NCBI GenBank assembly: GCA_042218075.1
Contig: JBDGRK010000002.1
Location: 1-19,163 of the forward strand
Direction of reading: 5' to 3'
Source of the DNA: Candidatus Nanohaloarchaea archaeon
GTDB taxonomy: Archaea; Nanohalarchaeota; Nanosalinia; Nanosalinales; Nanosalinaceae
Length of the DNA stretch: 19,163 nt
In this document: one piece after another, positions 16,301 to 19,163 of the stretch
Numbering within the stretch: the stretch's first letter is position 1
Layout of the letters: each line of letters starts with the position of its first letter
The notes under the pieces: model-generated
The model's database searches: none
Told to the model about the DNA's origin: nothing
What the model saw: only the letters and a program-made list of their open reading frames with translations
Made by a program: the position numbers and the translations under genes

Positions 16301-16887
16301 TTGAACACCACGTCCGACTTCACTGAACCGAACTCGGAGTGGACCGCGAATATCGGGGTTCCCACACCATCCGCACCTAGATCCTCGATGTAGGGATCGT
16401 GCATAAAGGGCTCGACCTTGCCCAGCCCGACAAAGTCCCTGTAGATGTAGTAGAGTATCTTCTTGTGCTGCTCGTCCGTCATCTCCACACCCAGCTCTAT
16501 CATCAGGTCGTCTATCTGGTTCTGGAGGTAGCCGACGATCTTCTCCCTGCCCCCCATCGAGCTCAGCGAAACGTCAATCTTCTCAGACAGGTTATCCTTG
16601 AAGAGGTTCAGCAATCTTTCCTCTTCCTCATCAAGCTTTGGCTCTATCACCCTGTAGATAAGCTCTTTTTCCTCTTCGTCCCATTTGACATGGGCGTAGG
16701 TGAAGGGCTTTATCAGCGGATACTTCGTGTCCACGTCCGCCATCTTGTCGACTTTGCTTGTTATCTTGATATCCTTCTTGTCGCTCAGCGTGAAGTCTAT
16801 CTCGGTATCCGCCTCTATATCGAACTCGGGCTCCTGCTTCCCTTCTTCTCCACCGAACATTCCCTTCACAGATTCCGCCAGCGACAT
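13390..16887 (-). CDS. Type IV pilus assembly ATPase (PilB/ArlI/VirB11 family), intein-containing
   Basis: PFMHDPYIEDL, PLLDGSLPDGSRVN, FSIRKF, Walker A GGTATGK|TT split by the intein, SIEDTRELQL, RQNPDYVVVGEVRGEEA, GH..MGTMHA. The predicted spliced product is 639 aa. Confidence 0.95.
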   Translation of the reverse strand: MSLAESVKGMFGGEEGKQEPEFDIEADTEIDFTLSDKKDIKITSKVDKMADVDTKYPLIKPFTYAHVKWDEEEKELIYRVIEPKLDEEEERLLNLFKDNLSEKIDVSLSSMGGREKIVGYLQNQIDDLMIELGVEMTDEQHKKILYYIYRDFVGLGKVEPFMHDPYIEDLGADGVGTPIFAVHSEFGSVKSDVVFNDEERLENLVIKLAERCGRYVSYANPLLDGSLPDGSRVNASLTEDVTSHGPTFSIRKFQETPFSAVDLMDLGTASADIMAYMWILQQYKQSILICGGTATGKCVAPDDRIHMGNGNIKEAEELHEEVRETGEPKKLYTMHENLETGPKKVNKFLKLENDDEVYRIETERGAEITVTPEHPFILNRDGEVEKVRTDRIEEGDFIATPREMNLDTERQPIQPLSHDIEAYARGAEDLVRQIFDEKEESVSEISEEFEEAGRTVNEWQNQNSIPWMNLEHLVEESSFSKEEALGYVEGMTSMHGSKTMEIPEEVTPELAELVGYILADGNIEGNYVNFHNQEKELRERFRELVRKEFGLETRTLEQEDRVSRVRVCSKALREFLKYVFEIPVDQPKARKVSTNEKILKSPEGVTSSYLRALFDSEAEVSKKQTEIVFSTASEILSEEVVNLLHRHGIIARKTTKVVQGEDYYRIRVSGEQQNSIFLEEIGFNHPEKEEQLKENLEQLDSSHTNVDLVPCRKVLSNIKEKEDLTNREIAESSGLARRTIGRILNGERTPSRTTVQNIKEGIEAGEAREELQRLEELSSDIFWDRVEHVERIEPGKAPDFVYDVTVDDSHTFTAGSLPLITHNTTFLNASVSFIPPEDKIVSIEDTRELQLPHENWIPSVTREMFGTDSHGDVDMDQLLKESFRQNPDYVVVGEVRGEEASVLFQGMSSGHPSMGTMHASSPNAVVKRLVTPPISLSPALIQAIDAIVIMTHAKGVEKSARRVKNVHELQKVVGESASARTNQAFSWTAMDDSFQQRGEPFLFDQISKDFGVSKQKLEKELERRSKVLKWLKEKDVSEFHRVSEIIHEYYKNKEEILKMINSEDDEYSLDDVIDAERKVDIERPDRLDRRMEEEEIDTNVNLEEEIDEIDSDDRIEQKKKKEQNPVAELEKKLKSERQKAKVTREGSEDENPFENPDVEQNPFEA
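14419..15996 (-). mobile_element. Intein (526 aa) with LAGLIDADG homing endonuclease and an HTH segment, inserted in the Walker A motif
   Basis: It begins K|CVAPDD, has block B ITVTPEHPF, endonuclease motifs ELVGYILADG and YLRALFDSEA, and blocks F/G FVYDVTVDDSHTFTAG..LITHN|T. Confidence 0.95.
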
Positions 16888-16922
16888 AGCTGGAATCTAT
16901 TTGTATAGCTTCGTTAATAATG

Positions 16923-17066
16923 TGTAGGTAAATCTACATCTCCTCCAGAGGCTCAACTCCTGGGCGGAGTCGTGGAAACTCTTTTCAGAGTTTCACTCGT
17001 CGCAGTAAAATCCGGCAGGTATTTTCTACGAGTTGGCGCGCCGAGATCATTCGCCTGAAGCGAATG
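16923..17066. other. Multi-hairpin intergenic element between argS and the pilus ATPase
   Basis: Stems: ACTCC/GGAGT (16956-16970), GAAACTCT/AGAGTTTC (16975-16994), ACTCGT..AAAAT/ATTTT..ACGAGT (16995-17033), GGCGCGCC (17035-17042) and CATTCGC/GCGAATG (17048-17066). Confidence 0.5.
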
Positions 17067-17076
17067 CACTTTAAGA

Positions 17077-18894
17077 CTACATTTCTTCCAGTGGTTCGAT
17101 TCCAAGTAATTCGAGGCCTTGCTCCATCACTTGTATGTAAGCCTCTACTATCGCCAGCCTGGATTGTTTCAGCTGCACTGTTTCCGCGGAGTTAACCGGA
17201 CACTTGTGGTAGAAGCTGTTGAACTTCTCCGCCAGGTCTTTCAGGTAGTGCGTCAGCTTCGCGGGCTCCTTGTAATCGAATGTTTCCTCTATCACTTCCT
17301 CGAACTCGGATATCTTCCTTATCAGCCCGTATTCAACATCCTTCTCAAAAGTGTAGAATCCGGGCTTTACTTCTGCATTATCCAGTATCCCGTGCGCTCT
17401 AGCGTTGGAGTAGAGAAGGTAAGGTCCTGAATCACCCTCCCAGTCCAGCGCCTTCTCGAAGCTGAAGGTTATCTCTTTGTCCCGATTGAACTTGGTGATA
17501 AAGTATCTCACTGCAGCTAAAGCCACTTTCTCGGCTATCTCTTTCTCCTTTTCCTCCGAAAATTCGTATCGATCCTGTATTTCTTCGAGAGCCAGATCCT
17601 CGCACCTATCAAGTACCGCATCTCCATGTTTGCCAACCCAGTTTCCCTTCCTGCCCGAGTAGGAGACATTGCCGGGCAGGTTCACAAGATCAAAACTCAT
17701 GTGAGTGAAGTTTTCCGCCTCTTCCTCAAATCCGAGCGCATCCAGTGATATCTCCAGTACCTTCATTACATAGCTCTGCGGCTCTCCGACCACGTTGATA
17801 TGATGATCTGCATCGCCAAAGTCCCCTGATTCTCTTTCACCGCCGGTGCTCCAGAGTATCTCTCCATTCGGCTGTCTGTCAAACTCTCTGTAGTCAAAGT
17901 CCGAGTCGAGTAGACCGAACTTCCACATCGTCAATGCTATATCTTTCGCTGTATATGTCGCGGTTCCATCGCTACGGAAAAGTATCTTGTAAGGCTTCTT
18001 CATCCCCCCAAGCTCGTCTTCATAGTCTGAGAGCTCGATCACCACACATCCTTCATCCTCTCCATCCTCGATCTCGTGAACTCTCTCCAGCTCTGAAAGC
18101 TTTTCCATACATTCTTCCAGGAGGTTGGATCTGACTATATCCCTTTCGAAGGTTATCAGGTTGTAGAAAACATTGCTGCGGTATGCGGTCTCAAGCTGAC
18201 CCCTTACCGATTTATCCACAAGCTCCTCCATCAGTTCAAAGTTGTCGTTGCCTCCTTCCTCTATGTCCCGGATAATCTGCTGCACTTTCTCTTCGTCATC
18301 TGGATTTTCCTTAAGGTATTCTCCTGCATCCGAGTAAAGAAGTCCTATCCAGAAATCGTCTTTCTTAGCTCTATCTTCCTCATCTATTTCTTCCAGGAAG
18401 TTCTTGTAGGCGTATACGGTCCTGGCGCTCTGCCTCCCCAGGTCGTTAATAAGATCAATTACTTCGACTTCGTATCCAAGTGTTTCCGCGATCCTTGAAA
18501 CTGTGTCTCCAAGAATCGCTGTCCTCATCGTTCCCATGTGTAGAGGCTTGTTGGGGTTCGGAGAAGTGTGCTCCACCGATACTTTCTCATTTTTATCCTC
18601 AAAGTCTGCGCCGGCAGAACTCACGATTTTCTCCGCGTATCCCTCCCGATCAACGTAGAAGTTCAGGTATCCCGGTCCCGCGACCTCTATTCTATCCACT
18701 CCCTCGACCTCCAGCTCCTCGCTGAGCTCTTCCGCCAGCTCCCTCGGCTCTCTACCAAGCTCCGAAGCCGCTTTCATCGCAGGATACGCAAAGTCGCCGT
18801 GTTCAGGCTCCGGCACCTCTATCTCTTTCCCCTCTATCTCTAATCCAAGTTCTTCCTCGAGTTTTTCCGCGATCCTCTGTTTAAATTCCTCCAT
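17077..18894 (-). CDS. argS: Arginine--tRNA ligase
   Basis: HGDFA, VAGPGYLNF, EHTSPNPNKPLHMGT (HIGH region), RSDGTATY..KDIA, SGRKG, F.FEKALDWEGDSGPYLLYSNARA and LAEKFNSFYHKCPV...RL; an SD-like GAGGTGA lies at 18905-18911. Confidence 0.97.
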   Translation of the reverse strand: MEEFKQRIAEKLEEELGLEIEGKEIEVPEPEHGDFAYPAMKAASELGREPRELAEELSEELEVEGVDRIEVAGPGYLNFYVDREGYAEKIVSSAGADFEDKNEKVSVEHTSPNPNKPLHMGTMRTAILGDTVSRIAETLGYEVEVIDLINDLGRQSARTVYAYKNFLEEIDEEDRAKKDDFWIGLLYSDAGEYLKENPDDEEKVQQIIRDIEEGGNDNFELMEELVDKSVRGQLETAYRSNVFYNLITFERDIVRSNLLEECMEKLSELERVHEIEDGEDEGCVVIELSDYEDELGGMKKPYKILFRSDGTATYTAKDIALTMWKFGLLDSDFDYREFDRQPNGEILWSTGGERESGDFGDADHHINVVGEPQSYVMKVLEISLDALGFEEEAENFTHMSFDLVNLPGNVSYSGRKGNWVGKHGDAVLDRCEDLALEEIQDRYEFSEEKEKEIAEKVALAAVRYFITKFNRDKEITFSFEKALDWEGDSGPYLLYSNARAHGILDNAEVKPGFYTFEKDVEYGLIRKISEFEEVIEETFDYKEPAKLTHYLKDLAEKFNSFYHKCPVNSAETVQLKQSRLAIVEAYIQVMEQGLELLGIEPLEEM

Positions 18895-19027
18895 AATTCA
18901 GTCTTCACCTCTGAAGTTTATTATAGTGAATCTAGTCTGAGAGGATTCAAACCAACTGGCAGGCGATCCAGTTGGAAGATCTTTTTGGTTTCTTGTTCAT
19001 TGTTGTCTAATTTTGAAAAGTTATATT

Positions 19028-19125
19028 CGAGTCCGGAGGGATTTGAACCCTCGACAACAGGATGTCTTTTGATATTGGAAGGTCAGTAGAAGTCCTGCAC
19101 TCTGTCCGGGCTGAGCTACAGGCTC
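19028..19125 (-). tRNA. tRNA-Arg(TCT) with a 23-nt canonical-position (37/38) intron at 19064-19086; CCA not encoded
   Basis: Reverse complement: GAGCCTG TA GCTC AGCCCGGACA GAGT G CAGGA CT TCT A [CTGACCTTCCAATATCAAAAGAC] A TCCTG TTGTC GAGGG TTCAAAT CCCTC CGGACTC G. The anticodon is at 19088-19090, the Arg identity element A20 is present, and there is a relaxed BHB. Confidence 0.93.
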
Positions 19126-19163
19126 TGATAGTGAGCTATATCAGGATTAGAGTTAAACAATTT

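Noticed and set aside
9216-16887. Archaellum operon
   Set aside because: The filament subunits are short pilins rather than archaellins, there are two separate TadC-like genes, and no ArlF/G/CDE genes are recognisable.
149-18843. Numerous antisense and alternate-frame ORFs in the track (e.g. 996-1523, 2100-2510, 5364-5864, 11193-11714, 13235-13741, 16399-16908)
   Set aside because: They are shadows of well-supported genes, with Ser/Phe/Leu-rich composition typical of the antisense strand of acidic proteins.

Overview
Archaeal DNA with acidic proteins, TATA-like boxes about 22-33 nt upstream of start codons, and a BHB-type tRNA intron. It most likely comes from a halophilic DPANN lineage such as Nanohaloarchaeota (inference only). 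The right half (9216-19125, minus strand) is a core-looking locus: intron-containing tRNA-Arg(TCT), argS, and a type IV pilus cluster made of an intein-split assembly ATPase, a KaiC/ArlH-like ATPase, two TadC-like platform proteins and three pilins. The left half (1-9215) is an accessory island. It opens with the 3' end of a large fibre/adhesin-like gene with a peptidase S74 chaperone domain, whose unrelated modules are joined in frame by a near-invariant 24-nt DNA repeat (TGTTGAAATCCCGAACGGCAACCT, encoding VEIPNGNL). Six cargo units follow: two ATPase-DUF234 genes, two HEPN-MNT pairs, one broken TA-like pair and one AbiE pair. Each unit is bracketed by co-oriented remnants of fibre-gene-like 3' ends (order A-B-B'-A'-A''-C-C'). 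The best candidate for an undescribed system is this repeat-jointed modular adhesin plus tail-anchored cassette array next to the pilus locus. No recombinase is visible in the window, so the mechanism is inferred.
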